From Bacteroidales bacterium (GTDB lineage: Bacteria > Bacteroidota > Bacteroidia > Bacteroidales > VadinHA17): a stretch of 64,000 nt of DNA. The position numbers were made by a program, and so were the translations under genes. The stretch covers positions 19,186 through 83,185 of the forward strand of contig JBNGDI010000002.1 of assembly GCA_049975425.1 (NCBI GenBank), given 5' to 3'. Positions 1-10,473 of the stretch are shown here, one piece after another; the first letter of the stretch is position 1, and each line of letters begins with the position of its first letter. The notes under the pieces are model-generated. The model was not told where the DNA came from and did not search any database. It saw only the letters and a list, made by a program, of their open reading frames with translations.

Positions 1-339
1 TTGCACTGTCTTTACAAGAAATCAACCATAAACATTGGCAACCATGTTTCCATCGGTCACCATGTAATCATTCACGGCGCTACTGTCCATGACCATGTGT
101 TGATTGGCATGGGCGCCATTATTATGGACCACGCTGTTATTGGTAAAAATTCGATTATTGCGGCAGGGGCCATTGTGCTTGACGGAACGGTTGTGGAACC
201 CGGTAGTATTTACGCAGGCATACCTGCCGTGCGGGTAAAAGATGTGGACCGGGAACAAACCAAAAACATGATTGAGCGCATTGCAGAAAACTATCTGATG
301 TATGCGGGATGGTACCGTGACAGCAACGGACAGGAATGA
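1..339 (+). CDS. gamma-carbonic anhydrase family / hexapeptide-repeat protein (5' truncated by window)
   Basis: Left-handed beta-helix repeats, IGHHVIIHGA His motif, IGMGAII, AGIPA. Confidence 0.85.
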   Translation: MHCLYKKSTINIGNHVSIGHHVIIHGATVHDHVLIGMGAIIMDHAVIGKNSIIAAGAIVLDGTVVEPGSIYAGIPAVRVKDVDREQTKNMIERIAENYLMYAGWYRDSNGQE

Positions 340-1152
340 TCAGCGCCACAGATCTTTCAATTCCAGGAAAATATCTTCATCGAAGAACATGCGGGCTACC
401 TTCCCGAAATAATCGGTGTGATCGGATACAAAAAATTGATGCTCACCTTTTTTATCCGATGCCAGAAGATCCTCACGGGAAAGTGCTTCTTTCAGTTCTT
501 CGGCTACAATCTGTGCCGAATCGATGATATCCACCCTGAAGTCATAATATTTCCTGATCTGGTTCTTGATAATGGGATAGTGTGTGCATCCCAGTATCAG
601 AGTCCGGATATCTTTCAGTTTTTCACTGGAAAGGTATGCCCGGATGATGGCGTTACTGATGTCATCATAAACAAAGCCCTCTTCAATCATAGGAACCAGT
701 AAAGGGGTAGGCATAGAAACAATTTCCATATCAGGCTGCAGTGCCCGGAGCTTTTTCTCATAGGTTCCGCTGTGTATGGTGCCTTTGGTACCAATCACCC
801 CAATTTTCCCGGAAACATGGGAAGAAGCAATGCGGCTGACCACCGGGTCGATTACGTTCATCAGGACAACCCGTTCACCAAACTCCTGTTGCAGGTCTTC
901 GAAAGCAGCGGCTGAAGCTGTATTGCATGCCACCAGCACCACCTTGCATTGTTGATCCAGTAGAAACCGGGTGATTTCCTTCGAATAATGTTGTATAGAA
1001 GCCGCCGATTTATCACCGTACGGAAGGTGAGCCGTATCCCCGAAATAAATCATTCTTTCGTTGGGAAGCAAAGACCGGATGGCCGAAGCAACGGTCAATC
1101 CTCCAACACCGGAATCAAAAATACCTACAGGCTGGCAAGATTCAAGATTCAT
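340..1152 (-). CDS. murI: glutamate racemase
   Basis: GIFDSGVGGLT, PYGDK, VACNTAS, LGCTHYP motifs; ATG at 1152 preferred over TTG at 1164. Confidence 0.95.
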   Translation of the reverse strand: MNLESCQPVGIFDSGVGGLTVASAIRSLLPNERMIYFGDTAHLPYGDKSAASIQHYSKEITRFLLDQQCKVVLVACNTASAAAFEDLQQEFGERVVLMNVIDPVVSRIASSHVSGKIGVIGTKGTIHSGTYEKKLRALQPDMEIVSMPTPLLVPMIEEGFVYDDISNAIIRAYLSSEKLKDIRTLILGCTHYPIIKNQIRKYYDFRVDIIDSAQIVAEELKEALSREDLLASDKKGEHQFFVSDHTDYFGKVARMFFDEDIFLELKDLWR

Positions 1153-1166
1153 CACAACTGGCAATG

Positions 1167-1201
1167 AAAAAAATGACCACTCCCCGGAAGGGAATGGTCA
1201 T
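1167..1201 (-). terminator. intrinsic terminator-like hairpin after skp
   Basis: ATGACCA-c-TCCC / GGGA-a-TGGTCAT stem, followed on the minus strand by T7. Confidence 0.6.
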
Positions 1202-1219
1202 ATCTTTTTATCATTTTTG

Positions 1220-1741
1220 TTATTCAAGGCCCAGTTTCTGTTTCACCAGAGGCAAAATATCCTGGCTGTCCTCTGAGAAATAAATAATGGCCCCTCGGCT
1301 GATATCAAAAATATATGTAAAACCGTTTTCCTCGGCCACATTTCTGACTGCCTGTTCAGCTTTTCTCACAATGGGCTGAAGCAAACGGGCTTCCATTGCC
1401 TGCATGTCTTCCTGGGCGGATACCTGAAAATTCTGTATCCTTTCCTGGAGATCAGCCAACTCCTGTTCCTTATTTCGCCTGATCAGGTCCGTATAATTCT
1501 CCTGTTCAGCCAGGTACTTCTGGACCTTATTCTGGTATTCCACCTGCATATCTTCCAACTGTTCCTGCAGCTGAGTTACATAACGTTCCAGCTGGAGTTG
1601 TGCGCTGTCCCTTTCGGGCATGAGTGACAACAGTTCCTGGCTGTTGATATGGCCGAATTTATATTTTCCGGTCTGGCCATGGAGGGTAGTACCTGCTACC
1701 AGAAAGAGGCAGCAGATCACAAATCGGGTTAATGATTTCAT
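1220..1741 (-). CDS. skp: OmpH/Skp periplasmic chaperone
   Basis: Signal peptide, KFGHINSQEL, long coiled coil, GFTYIFD...DI; downstream of bamA. Confidence 0.9.
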   Translation of the reverse strand: MKSLTRFVICCLFLVAGTTLHGQTGKYKFGHINSQELLSLMPERDSAQLQLERYVTQLQEQLEDMQVEYQNKVQKYLAEQENYTDLIRRNKEQELADLQERIQNFQVSAQEDMQAMEARLLQPIVRKAEQAVRNVAEENGFTYIFDISRGAIIYFSEDSQDILPLVKQKLGLE

Positions 1742-1771
1742 ATACACGATATTCAAATTTTAATTGGTTTG

Positions 1772-1779
1772 CAAATGTA
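1772..1779 (-). promoter_or_regulatory. Bacteroidota sigma-A -7 box (internal promoter for second skp)
   Basis: TACATTTG matches TAnnTTTG. Confidence 0.55.
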
Positions 1780-1784
1780 CTGAA

Positions 1785-2300
1785 TTAATCTTTATAACCT
1801 AGTTTTTCAAGTACTTCATCGCTCCGGTCATACTTCGGATCGGTGTACAGCATGCTCACGTCGGAAGAGGTATCGAAAATCACGGCATAGGCCCCTTCCA
1901 CGGCAATTTCCTTCACGGCATTATAGATCTCGTCCTGTATGGGTTTGATCAGCTCCTGCCTTTTCTTGAACAACTCTCCCTCCGGTCCGAAATACTTGTT
2001 CTGGAGTTCCTTTACCTCTCTTTCTTTGTTAATGATCTCATCCTCACGGGCTCTTTTCATTTCTTCGGTAAGCAGGACCTGTTCCGACTGGTACTTTTTA
2101 TAGAGCCGGTCAACATCTTCATACATGGTTTTGATCTCCTGCTCCCATTCCCTGGAATACTGTTCCAGCTGATCCTGGGCAGCCAGATAAGCAGGAATAT
2201 TATTCAGAATATATTCCGTATCCACGAAGGCATATTTTTGTGCAGACCCGGTTGCTGCAACCAGGAGAAGCACAAGTGTAATGGTTGTTAACTTTTTCAT
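1785..2300 (-). CDS. skp: OmpH/Skp periplasmic chaperone
   Basis: AQKYAFVDTEYIL, ELFKKRQELIKPIQD, D.SDEVLEKLGY typical of Bacteroidota OmpH. Confidence 0.92.
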   Translation of the reverse strand: MKKLTTITLVLLLVAATGSAQKYAFVDTEYILNNIPAYLAAQDQLEQYSREWEQEIKTMYEDVDRLYKKYQSEQVLLTEEMKRAREDEIINKEREVKELQNKYFGPEGELFKKRQELIKPIQDEIYNAVKEIAVEGAYAVIFDTSSDVSMLYTDPKYDRSDEVLEKLGYKD

Positions 2301-2326
2301 GATATTGGTTTTTAGATTTGTTTTGT

Positions 2327-4828
2327 TTAAAATTGCTGACCAATCACAAAATGGAACTGGCTGCCATTCACATCCGGACGACCGGGAACTTCGTCGAATC
2401 CGTATCCCCAGTCAATCCCAAGGAGTCCGAACATTGGCAAATAAGCCCGAACCCCAACACCGGCTGAACGGCGTATTTCAAAAGGATTAAAATCCCTGAT
2501 GCTGTACCATGCATTTCCAGCCTCAAGAAAAGCAAGTGCATACAATGTAGCCTGCGGATCGAGTGAAATGGGATACCGCAATTCAAAAGTCAGTTTTTCA
2601 TATACGTTTCCGGCTTTATTGCCGTTGACGACAGGTGTCAAAGAACCGTTCTCATATCCCCTCAGGGCGATTGTTTCACGACCATAGAGGCTGTAACCCG
2701 ACATGCCGTCACCTCCCAGATCGAATCCTTCAAAGGGGGAAGGTCCGATATCTTCGTTATAATATCCCAGATAACCGAACCTTGCTTTTGTACTTAATAC
2801 CAAATCTCCTGCCAATCTTAAGTAAAATTCGGATTTAAATACCCATTTATGGTATTCAATCCAATTATATTTCTCATTATCAGATACATTTGAATAATCT
2901 TTCCCGTTAATAAATGAATAGGGAGGTGTTATTTGCAGGCTCAGGGAAACCGAAGAACCACGTCGCGGATAGATCAACTGGTCAACTGAATTCCTTCCAA
3001 AAGTACTGGTCACAGAAAAATTATTCGATTTCCCGTTTGAAAAAAGAAAATAGCCTGCCCAGTTATCAAGCACATAATTCTGTAAACTGATCTCATTATA
3101 CAGGGTAAAATAATCGTCGGGCCAGCCCAGGCGGCGCATGGACCCTATGGCAGCCCCGTTAATATCGATCGATTGCCGGCGGGCATCGTCTTTGGGGCGG
3201 CCGTTTGTTTGAATCGTACGGTACAATGTCACAGAAAGTGAATTGGGTTTTTTGCCGCCAAACCATGGCTCCACAAAAGACAGGCTGTAGGCCTGGTAAT
3301 AGCGTCCGTTGGATTGTGCCCTGATGCTCAAGGTTTGTCCGTCACCTGTTGGAATGGGTCTCCAGGCATTTTTCTCAAAAACCCTCCCGATGGAGAAATT
3401 ATTAAAACGAAGCCCTATCGTACCGATCAGCATATTGGCTCCCCATCCGCCGGATATTTCAAACTGGTCATTGGCCTTTTCTTCCAGGTTATATTCCAGA
3501 TCTACCGTTCCTTCGGCCTGGTTTGGGATGGGATTGGGAACGATCTTCTCCGGATCAAAATGACCCAGAACGGCCAGCTCCCTGACCGATCGCATAATAT
3601 CCGACTTGCTGAAAAGGTCTCCCGGGCGGGTACGCAGTTCCCTGCGTATAACATGTTCATTGGTCTTTGTATTCCCCTTGATAATGACCCGGTTGATAGT
3701 AGCCTGTTCGCCTTCCACCACAATCATCTCCAGATCGATCGAATCGTTTTCCACCCTGGCTTCCACAGGATAAATATTGGAAAACAGATACCCGTTGTCC
3801 ATGTAAACCGAGCTTACGGCATCTTCGTCAGAATAAAGCCTCTCATCCAGCAGGGTCTGGTTATAGGGATCTCCTTTTTCAATACCGAGCACAGCCGTAA
3901 GATATTCCGAGGGATATTTTGTATTGCCCACCCACTCAATGTTACGGTGATAATAACGTGGACCTTCCTCCACAGTTATCTCAAGTGCAATGCGGTTTTC
4001 TCCCGCATCATAGGTGCTGTCTTTCAGAATACGGAAATCCCTGTATCCTTCCTCATTGTAAAACGTTACCAGGCTTTCCTTATCTTCCTTGAATTTATCG
4101 GCAATATACTTGGAAGCCTTAAAAATATTCAGGTTTTTCTTTTTCGTATTCTTCATCACCCTCCGTAACCTGCCGTCGGAAAAAACCTCATTGCCTCTGA
4201 ATATTATATCGGCAATTTTCACCCTGTCATTTTTATCCACATCAATATTCAATATCACCCTGTTCTGGGCATCCGGATCATCTGCCTGGGTAATGCTCAC
4301 TTCCGTTTCCAGAAAACCTTTATCCCTGAAAAAATCGAGAATGATCTTTCTGGTATTGTTCAGCACATTTTCCGTTACCTGATTCCCGCTGTGAAGCTTT
4401 ATTTTTTCAATGATATCGTCTCTTTCGGATTTTTTCACGCCGGAAAACTGAATTCGGGAAAGTCTGGGCCTCTCGCCCAGGTGAATGGTAAGATAAACTA
4501 AATCATTCTCAATGTCGGACACGTATATTTTCACATCAGAAAACAGGCCGTTCTTCCATAGTTTTTCCACTGCCTGTGTGAGTGTTTCACCGGGTATTTT
4601 TATACGTTGCCCCACTGCAAGACCTGAAAGCTGAATCAAAATATTTTCATCCAGGTACTGTATACCGGTCACCCTGATACCTCCTATTTCATATTCGCGC
4701 GGATTACTGTAATCAGCCACCCGCATGCTGTTGAAATCCTTTTCTTCCTGAGGAAAAGCGGGAACAACACAAAGACAGGCGATCACCATCAACAGGGTTC
4801 TCAAAGCAATATTCATCTTCATCATCAT
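2327..4828 (-). CDS. bamA: outer membrane protein assembly factor BamA
   Basis: POTRA repeats (GNTKTNEHVIRRE), LRGY motif, C-terminal FHFVIGQQF. Confidence 0.96.
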   Translation of the reverse strand: MMMKMNIALRTLLMVIACLCVVPAFPQEEKDFNSMRVADYSNPREYEIGGIRVTGIQYLDENILIQLSGLAVGQRIKIPGETLTQAVEKLWKNGLFSDVKIYVSDIENDLVYLTIHLGERPRLSRIQFSGVKKSERDDIIEKIKLHSGNQVTENVLNNTRKIILDFFRDKGFLETEVSITQADDPDAQNRVILNIDVDKNDRVKIADIIFRGNEVFSDGRLRRVMKNTKKKNLNIFKASKYIADKFKEDKESLVTFYNEEGYRDFRILKDSTYDAGENRIALEITVEEGPRYYHRNIEWVGNTKYPSEYLTAVLGIEKGDPYNQTLLDERLYSDEDAVSSVYMDNGYLFSNIYPVEARVENDSIDLEMIVVEGEQATINRVIIKGNTKTNEHVIRRELRTRPGDLFSKSDIMRSVRELAVLGHFDPEKIVPNPIPNQAEGTVDLEYNLEEKANDQFEISGGWGANMLIGTIGLRFNNFSIGRVFEKNAWRPIPTGDGQTLSIRAQSNGRYYQAYSLSFVEPWFGGKKPNSLSVTLYRTIQTNGRPKDDARRQSIDINGAAIGSMRRLGWPDDYFTLYNEISLQNYVLDNWAGYFLFSNGKSNNFSVTSTFGRNSVDQLIYPRRGSSVSLSLQITPPYSFINGKDYSNVSDNEKYNWIEYHKWVFKSEFYLRLAGDLVLSTKARFGYLGYYNEDIGPSPFEGFDLGGDGMSGYSLYGRETIALRGYENGSLTPVVNGNKAGNVYEKLTFELRYPISLDPQATLYALAFLEAGNAWYSIRDFNPFEIRRSAGVGVRAYLPMFGLLGIDWGYGFDEVPGRPDVNGSQFHFVIGQQF

Positions 4829-4839
4829 CTGGCTTGTGC

Positions 4840-5589
4840 TTAATGTTGTTTGATCTGCTCACTGATTCTACCAAAACGCCGCTCGCGGCACTGAAAATCG
4901 GCAATGGCCTGGTAAAAATCTTCCTTGCGGAAATCAGGCCACATTTTCTCTGAAAAATACAACTCGGAATAAGCCAGCTGGTACAGCATAAAATTACTGA
5001 TTCGGTATTCACCGCTTGTTCTGATCAGTAATTCGGGATCGGGCATGCCGGCGGTGGCCAGGTTATTGCTAATCGTTGTCTGATCAATGTGTGACGGGTC
5101 CAGTTTCCCTTCGCTTACCTGACGGGCAATTTCCCGGACGGCATGAACCAATTCCCACCTGGCACTGTAACTCAGTGCAAGCACCAGGGTTAAGCCGGTA
5201 AGATGAGCAGTATCATGAATGGTTTCAAGCAACTGTTCGTAAAGTTTCCCGGGCAGACTTTTCAGGTCGCCGATAGCCCGCAACCGAACATTATTTTTCA
5301 GAAGCGTTTTCTTTTCATTATTCAGGGTACTAACCAACAAAGACATCAATGCGTCCACCTCCTCTTTGGGTCGTTTCCAGTTCTCGGTTGACCATGCATA
5401 TAAAGTAAGATACTCCAGACCGATTTCAGCCGCTGCCTCGGTTACCTCCCTTACAGATGTCACCCCGTTCTGGTGCCCGTACACGCGATTTTTCCCCTGC
5501 AATTTTGCCCAGCGTCCGTTTCCGTCCATAATAATGGCTACATGCCTGGGTAGTTTTTCTTTTGATATTTTTTCTTTCAGCGAGTTCAT
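4840..5589 (-). CDS. uppS: undecaprenyl diphosphate synthase
   Basis: HVAIIMDGNGRWA, STENWKRP, RTSGEYRISNF, RRFG. Confidence 0.97.
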   Translation of the reverse strand: MNSLKEKISKEKLPRHVAIIMDGNGRWAKLQGKNRVYGHQNGVTSVREVTEAAAEIGLEYLTLYAWSTENWKRPKEEVDALMSLLVSTLNNEKKTLLKNNVRLRAIGDLKSLPGKLYEQLLETIHDTAHLTGLTLVLALSYSARWELVHAVREIARQVSEGKLDPSHIDQTTISNNLATAGMPDPELLIRTSGEYRISNFMLYQLAYSELYFSEKMWPDFRKEDFYQAIADFQCRERRFGRISEQIKQH

Positions 5590-5608
5590 TTCAGTTTGAT
5601 GCGTTCAA

Positions 5609-6262
5609 TTAATAATCCCAATAAGCCGGACAATCCCTGTTCATGTTATACAAATTATAGGTAATGATCAATCCGGCAAACGAATACCAGTCATTATTAT
5701 GAATCAAAGACCAGGAACCGGGTTCGGTAAGATTAACCACCCCGTCTAAATCGTCGAAGAATGTCTTTCTGAATTCCCATGCTACAGACAGGGCCCATTG
5801 CCGGTTCAGGTTCAGCCTCCATCCCACGCCAAAAGGGAGCACCATCTCATAACCTGTTCCTCCCGGTTTCTGCATCACCGACATGCCCAATCCTCCCCCA
5901 ACATAAGTGGTTTGCTGTAAAAATCGGGTATAGGGCTTAAAAGGGAAAAAGTTAAACTCAAACTGGAGTCCCATATCCACAAATGAAGAACTGAAACGCG
6001 GACTATCATAAAGATAATCAAAAGACGGATTTTCAGCCGAAATTTCTGCATAAACCAGATTCCAGCGTATGCTGTGGTGGGGATTAAAATTGTGCCGGTA
6101 AATCAATCCGAACCCGGGACCTACAGAACGGAAATGTCCGGAAGGGTTTAATTCGCCAAGATAGTAGGATCCTCCCGCAAAAATACCCAGATCAGCGTTT
6201 TTCTGGGCTTTGAGGGAGTATACGTATATAAGACAAACACACAATAAAAGATACTTCTTCAT
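5609..6262 (-). CDS. porG: PorG/DUF6089-type outer-membrane beta-barrel (T9SS-associated)
   Basis: GGSYYLGELN, TFFDDLDG, NNDWY..AG, C-terminal CPAY; sits directly upstream of uppS as in Bacteroidota. Confidence 0.7.
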   Translation of the reverse strand: MKKYLLLCVCLIYVYSLKAQKNADLGIFAGGSYYLGELNPSGHFRSVGPGFGLIYRHNFNPHHSIRWNLVYAEISAENPSFDYLYDSPRFSSSFVDMGLQFEFNFFPFKPYTRFLQQTTYVGGGLGMSVMQKPGGTGYEMVLPFGVGWRLNLNRQWALSVAWEFRKTFFDDLDGVVNLTEPGSWSLIHNNDWYSFAGLIITYNLYNMNRDCPAYWDY

Positions 6263-6285
6263 GAACACAATTTTACCACCCCGGA

Positions 6286-7038
6286 TTATTCTTCCCTCAA
6301 TATCGGCCATCCTTTTCTGGATGTCTTGAATTTCCAGACATAACTTACCACACCAAAATAATAAACGTCATTTGCCCGGGAATATTCTGAAGGATAACCG
6401 TCAATAACATCTGAAGTGGTAAGCCGTCCTCCCACTTCAAGTGTGAGTGAGGCTTTGGGTGATAATCCGTATTTCAGGGCAACCCCAGCGGGAAATACCA
6501 GAGCTGAAGAGGTTTGGATCTCTCCAGCCCGGTCAATCAACTTATCATTCTGCCAGGGATTAAATACCGCCATACCGATCCCGGCAAAGGCATAGGCACT
6601 GAAACTGGAAACAAAATCGGTTACCCCCCGGCCCTTCATCATTAAATAGCTTCGGGAATACTCTTCCCGCCAGAAAGCATATTCTCCCTGGAAAGAAAAC
6701 TCAAACAAACCGGTAGTAAAAGAATAATCACGTCCGATATTGGAACCTTTTTCATCGTTACCACTAAGGAATGCGTAGTTCAGATTTACTTTGGCCGCTA
6801 CTCTTTCCAAAATTTTGTACCTGGCTCCCAGGTGAAAAGTGGGCCGTGTCTGCAGGAACCGGATGTCCTTCAGACCCAGAAGATTCTCTCCCTGGCTATA
6901 CCCTCCGATATCACCGAATTGATTGGCCGTACCTAATCCTGCCATAGCCTCCCATCTTCTGATGCGCCAAACCTGCCCCATGGTTTCCACCGAAGAGATC
7001 AGGCTGATAAAAACCAAAAAGAACAGCGGCTTTTTCAT
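6286..7038 (-). CDS. DUF6089-like outer-membrane beta-barrel protein (PorG paralogue)
   Basis: Signal peptide, FGDIGG, TSDVIDG, NDVYY, alternating beta pattern. Confidence 0.7.
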   Translation of the reverse strand: MKKPLFFLVFISLISSVETMGQVWRIRRWEAMAGLGTANQFGDIGGYSQGENLLGLKDIRFLQTRPTFHLGARYKILERVAAKVNLNYAFLSGNDEKGSNIGRDYSFTTGLFEFSFQGEYAFWREEYSRSYLMMKGRGVTDFVSSFSAYAFAGIGMAVFNPWQNDKLIDRAGEIQTSSALVFPAGVALKYGLSPKASLTLEVGGRLTTSDVIDGYPSEYSRANDVYYFGVVSYVWKFKTSRKGWPILREE

Positions 7039-7060
7039 GCTGGTTGTTTTTTGGTGCGTA

Positions 7061-7068
7061 CAAAACTA
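7061..7068 (-). promoter_or_regulatory. sigma-A -7 box for the DUF6089-uppS-bamA operon
   Basis: TAGTTTTG about 22 nt upstream of ATG. Confidence 0.55.
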
Positions 7069-7225
7069 TAAAATATTGTGTAAACCATGTCCTTGAAACA
7101 AATCAAATTTACACCATCCTGATTCCAGCCTGTTATGTTTATGATCCACACCTAATTTACAAATATTCAATCGGTTTGAAAAGGACCTTGTTAAAAAACC
7201 AGTTATTCATTCACGTTTTTTAACA

Positions 7226-8104
7226 TTAATTCCGTTTATCGACCCCCCACATTAATTTATTTCTCAAGGTATTATAAAAGTTCTGGTTGTTGAATCTTAC
7301 CATTTTTATGGAAAAACCCGCCTTTTCAATCTGGAATGTATGATCCACAGGCATTTCAACAGACTGGTAATCGGCTGACAGGAGAAAATGGTTATCCCGG
7401 CCTGAAACCCTGATCTTCAGAGCCGAATCATCCCTGATCACCAGCGGTCTGACTGTAAGGTTATGCGGGGCGATAGGCGAAATAATGAAATTACTGCAAT
7501 CAGGCACCAGTATGGGTCCCCCAGCACTCATGGAATAGGCTGTCGATCCGGTTGGTGTGGAAATGATCAGGCCATCGGCCCAGTATGCATTCAGAAATTC
7601 ATCGTTCACATAAGTATGAATCGTGATCATTGACGATGCCTTTTTCTGAATAGTGATTTCATTCAGGGCATATTTTTTTTCCAGGGGAAGGAAGGCATCG
7701 GATTTCAGTTCCAGAAGAGATCTTTCCTCCAGACTTATCTGGCCGTTGAACAGGGCGTCGAGGGCCACCGGGATCTCGGGCCCGGAAATATTCGCAAGGA
7801 AGCCAAGCCTTCCCGAATTGATCCCTATCAGGGGAATCGATTTTTGCCATACATAGCTTACGGCTTCCAGAAAGGTGCCATCACCGCCTATACTAAAAAG
7901 AAAATCGTAATGACCAGACAGGTCTGCCTTTTCCCTGAAAATCTTTACGGGTCGCATTTTCAGATCAGGATGGCCGGAAAGCAATTCCATGAATTTTTCA
8001 TGCACTGCATATTCCACTTCCCCGCGATGAAACCTGCTGAACATTTCCCGGATATGGGGAAGAAAAGCAGTTTCAAACTGCCTGCCGTAAATGGCTATTC
8101 TCAT
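7226..8104 (-). CDS. nadK: NAD kinase
   Basis: GGDGTFL, GINSGRLGFL, LNE, DGLIISTPTGSTAYSMSAGG. Confidence 0.96.
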   Translation of the reverse strand: MRIAIYGRQFETAFLPHIREMFSRFHRGEVEYAVHEKFMELLSGHPDLKMRPVKIFREKADLSGHYDFLFSIGGDGTFLEAVSYVWQKSIPLIGINSGRLGFLANISGPEIPVALDALFNGQISLEERSLLELKSDAFLPLEKKYALNEITIQKKASSMITIHTYVNDEFLNAYWADGLIISTPTGSTAYSMSAGGPILVPDCSNFIISPIAPHNLTVRPLVIRDDSALKIRVSGRDNHFLLSADYQSVEMPVDHTFQIEKAGFSIKMVRFNNQNFYNTLRNKLMWGVDKRN

Positions 8105-8121
8105 ACTCTCTGGTTCAAAAC

Positions 8122-8787
8122 TTACATGCTAAGGTATTTCATGAACTCTTCGAACCGGTTATTATAGAAGACATCCATTTCCTCATCCACCATAAATGTG
8201 CTTTTGATGATATAATTGTACCGCTCAAAAGTTTGAATGATGGATGACAGATCGGTCCGGTTAATTTTCAGGGTCAATTCCATCTTCATTGATTCACTGG
8301 GAGAACTGATATAAAGACTTAAAATCTTGGCATCGTTCCCTTCCACAATCTGTGCAATCTGCGATAGGCTGTAATCATTCTCATGAAGTTCCAGAACCAG
8401 AATGCCACCGGGATTTTTCATGGCAGTCAGTTCGGCAAAGTGTCCCATGAGATCGGTCATGGTAACCAGACCCAGGTACTCCTTCCGGGCATTCAGAACA
8501 GGAACCACAGTAATCTTCAGCCGTGAAACTATCTCGATCACGCCGTAAATATGGGTATCTGCTACCACATAAGGACTGAACAAAGAAAGTTTGTGGTTAC
8601 CAATGGGTTCATTGGCCATGTTCAGATCATAAATATCCGTATCGGATATCAGTCCCAGAAAATCTTTGTTATTCACAATAGGCAGATGCGATACACGGAA
8701 AATCTCCATCCAGTTCAATGCCCTGAGGCCGGTATCGGAAGTCCTGAGTGCAGGTACCACATCTGATATCAAGTCCTTCGCCAGCAT
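8122..8787 (-). CDS. CBS domain-containing protein (AcuB-like)
   Basis: Two CBS repeats (SHLPIV, TVVPVL) plus ACT-like C-terminus. Confidence 0.85.
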   Translation of the reverse strand: MLAKDLISDVVPALRTSDTGLRALNWMEIFRVSHLPIVNNKDFLGLISDTDIYDLNMANEPIGNHKLSLFSPYVVADTHIYGVIEIVSRLKITVVPVLNARKEYLGLVTMTDLMGHFAELTAMKNPGGILVLELHENDYSLSQIAQIVEGNDAKILSLYISSPSESMKMELTLKINRTDLSSIIQTFERYNYIIKSTFMVDEEMDVFYNNRFEEFMKYLSM

Positions 8788-8875
8788 AACGATCGTGTTG
8801 ATTGAAGGAAAAGGTTTATTTTTGTAGCTAAGTTACAAATTTTAAGCCACAGATAAACCTCCGAAACTGAATAAT

Positions 8876-9589
8876 ATGACTCGACTCAGCGTTAACATCA
8901 ATAAAATAGCCACTCTGAGGAATGCCCGGGGTGGGAATATCCCCGACGTACTGAAAGCTGCCGTTGACTGTGAACGTTTCGGGGCTCAGGGAATCACGGT
9001 TCATCCCCGTCCTGATGAGAGGCACATCCGTTACCAGGATGTACTGGACCTCAGACCCCTGATCAAAACGGAATTCAATATTGAGGGTTATCCTTCCCGC
9101 CGGTTCCTGGATCTGGTTAAAAAAGTAAAACCACACCAGGTAACACTGGTCCCCGATGCCCCCGATGCTCTTACCTCGAACCAGGGTTGGGATACCCGTA
9201 AGCACCTGAATTTCCTTACCGGGGTCATCAGCGAATTGAAAAAGACCGGCATCCGTACCTCGCTTTTCACTGATACAAAAAGGGAAACAATTGAATACGC
9301 CGCAAAGACCGGAACCGACCGGATTGAACTCTATACCGAACCCTATGCTTCGGCCTACAGGCACAATCCTGCCAGAGCGGTCAAACCTTTTGCCGAAGCA
9401 TCGCACCTGGCCCATTCCCTCGGTCTGGAAGTTAATGCAGGCCATGACCTGAACCTGGAGAACCTGAAATTTTTCTGTCGTAGTGTGCCTTATCTGGAAG
9501 AGGTATCCATAGGGCATGCCCTGATCAGCGATGCGTTATATTTCGGCCTGGAAAATACCATTCAACTGTATCTGAGACAACTCAGATGA
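8876..9589 (+). CDS. pdxJ: pyridoxine 5'-phosphate synthase
   Basis: [43 protein letters not shown]. Confidence 0.96.
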   Translation: MTRLSVNINKIATLRNARGGNIPDVLKAAVDCERFGAQGITVHPRPDERHIRYQDVLDLRPLIKTEFNIEGYPSRRFLDLVKKVKPHQVTLVPDAPDALTSNQGWDTRKHLNFLTGVISELKKTGIRTSLFTDTKRETIEYAAKTGTDRIELYTEPYASAYRHNPARAVKPFAEASHLAHSLGLEVNAGHDLNLENLKFFCRSVPYLEEVSIGHALISDALYFGLENTIQLYLRQLR

Positions 9590-9660
9590 ACAACCCGTAT
9601 TTAAAAACTTTTACAGAAAGAATGGCTATGGCTTACCGGCTCCTCAAATGACAGAACCTT

Positions 9661-10473
9661 ATGAAACTGTTTTACAGAACATTCGGGGAAGGACCCGCAC
9701 TCATCATTGTTCACGGGTTGTACGGATCATCAGACAACTGGGTAACCATTGGCAAAGCCCTGTCTGACCGCTTCGAGGTATTTCTGATCGACCAGAGGAA
9801 TCATGGACGGTCCCCGCACAGCCGGCAGCATGATTACCCTTCCATGAAGGAAGACCTGAGGGAATTTATGGACGACCGTGGCATCGAATCGGCGGTATTG
9901 CTGGGTCATTCCATGGGAGGAAAAACCATCATGTATTTTGCAGCTGATTATCCTGAAAGGGTAAACGGGCTGATCGTTGTGGATATGTCTCCCCGCTCCT
10001 ACCAGGATAACCAGGATTCCGCCACGCGATCAGTTGACCATACCACCATTCTGAAAACCATGCTCTCCCTGGAACCTGAAAAATACACCGAAAGAAGCGA
10101 AATTGACAGAGCATTCGCCAGAAACATTCCGGCGCCCCGTGTAAGGCAATTCCTTCTGAAAAACCTGCGCAGAAACAGGGACCATACTTTTTCGTGGAAA
10201 CTCAATGTTCCTGTCATCCACAACAACCTCGACAGGATACTGGAAGGCATGGATGCAGGGCGCTTTGAAAACGGACACGGCATTACGGGCTTTCCCGTAC
10301 TTTTCATCAAAGGAGAAAAATCCGATTATATCAGAAAAACAGATGAACCCATTATTCGCACCATATTCCCCTATGCCGAAATATTCAGCATTCCTAACGC
10401 AGGCCACTGGATTCATGCTGAACAACCCGAACGGTTGCTGCAAAAAGTGGAAGAATTCATTCTGGAAGTTTAA
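9661..10473 (+). CDS. alpha/beta hydrolase (YbfF-like esterase)
   Basis: HGLYG, DQRNHG, GHSMGG nucleophile elbow, AGHWIH. Confidence 0.9.
   Translation: MKLFYRTFGEGPALIIVHGLYGSSDNWVTIGKALSDRFEVFLIDQRNHGRSPHSRQHDYPSMKEDLREFMDDRGIESAVLLGHSMGGKTIMYFAADYPERVNGLIVVDMSPRSYQDNQDSATRSVDHTTILKTMLSLEPEKYTERSEIDRAFARNIPAPRVRQFLLKNLRRNRDHTFSWKLNVPVIHNNLDRILEGMDAGRFENGHGITGFPVLFIKGEKSDYIRKTDEPIIRTIFPYAEIFSIPNAGHWIHAEQPERLLQKVEEFILEV

Noticed and set aside
3314-4168. 284-aa ORF antisense to bamA (similar cases: 8828-9517, 42495-43274, 46846-47616, 48731-49684, 63015-63773)
   Set aside because: Shadow ORFs opposite conserved genes, with no recognisable motifs.
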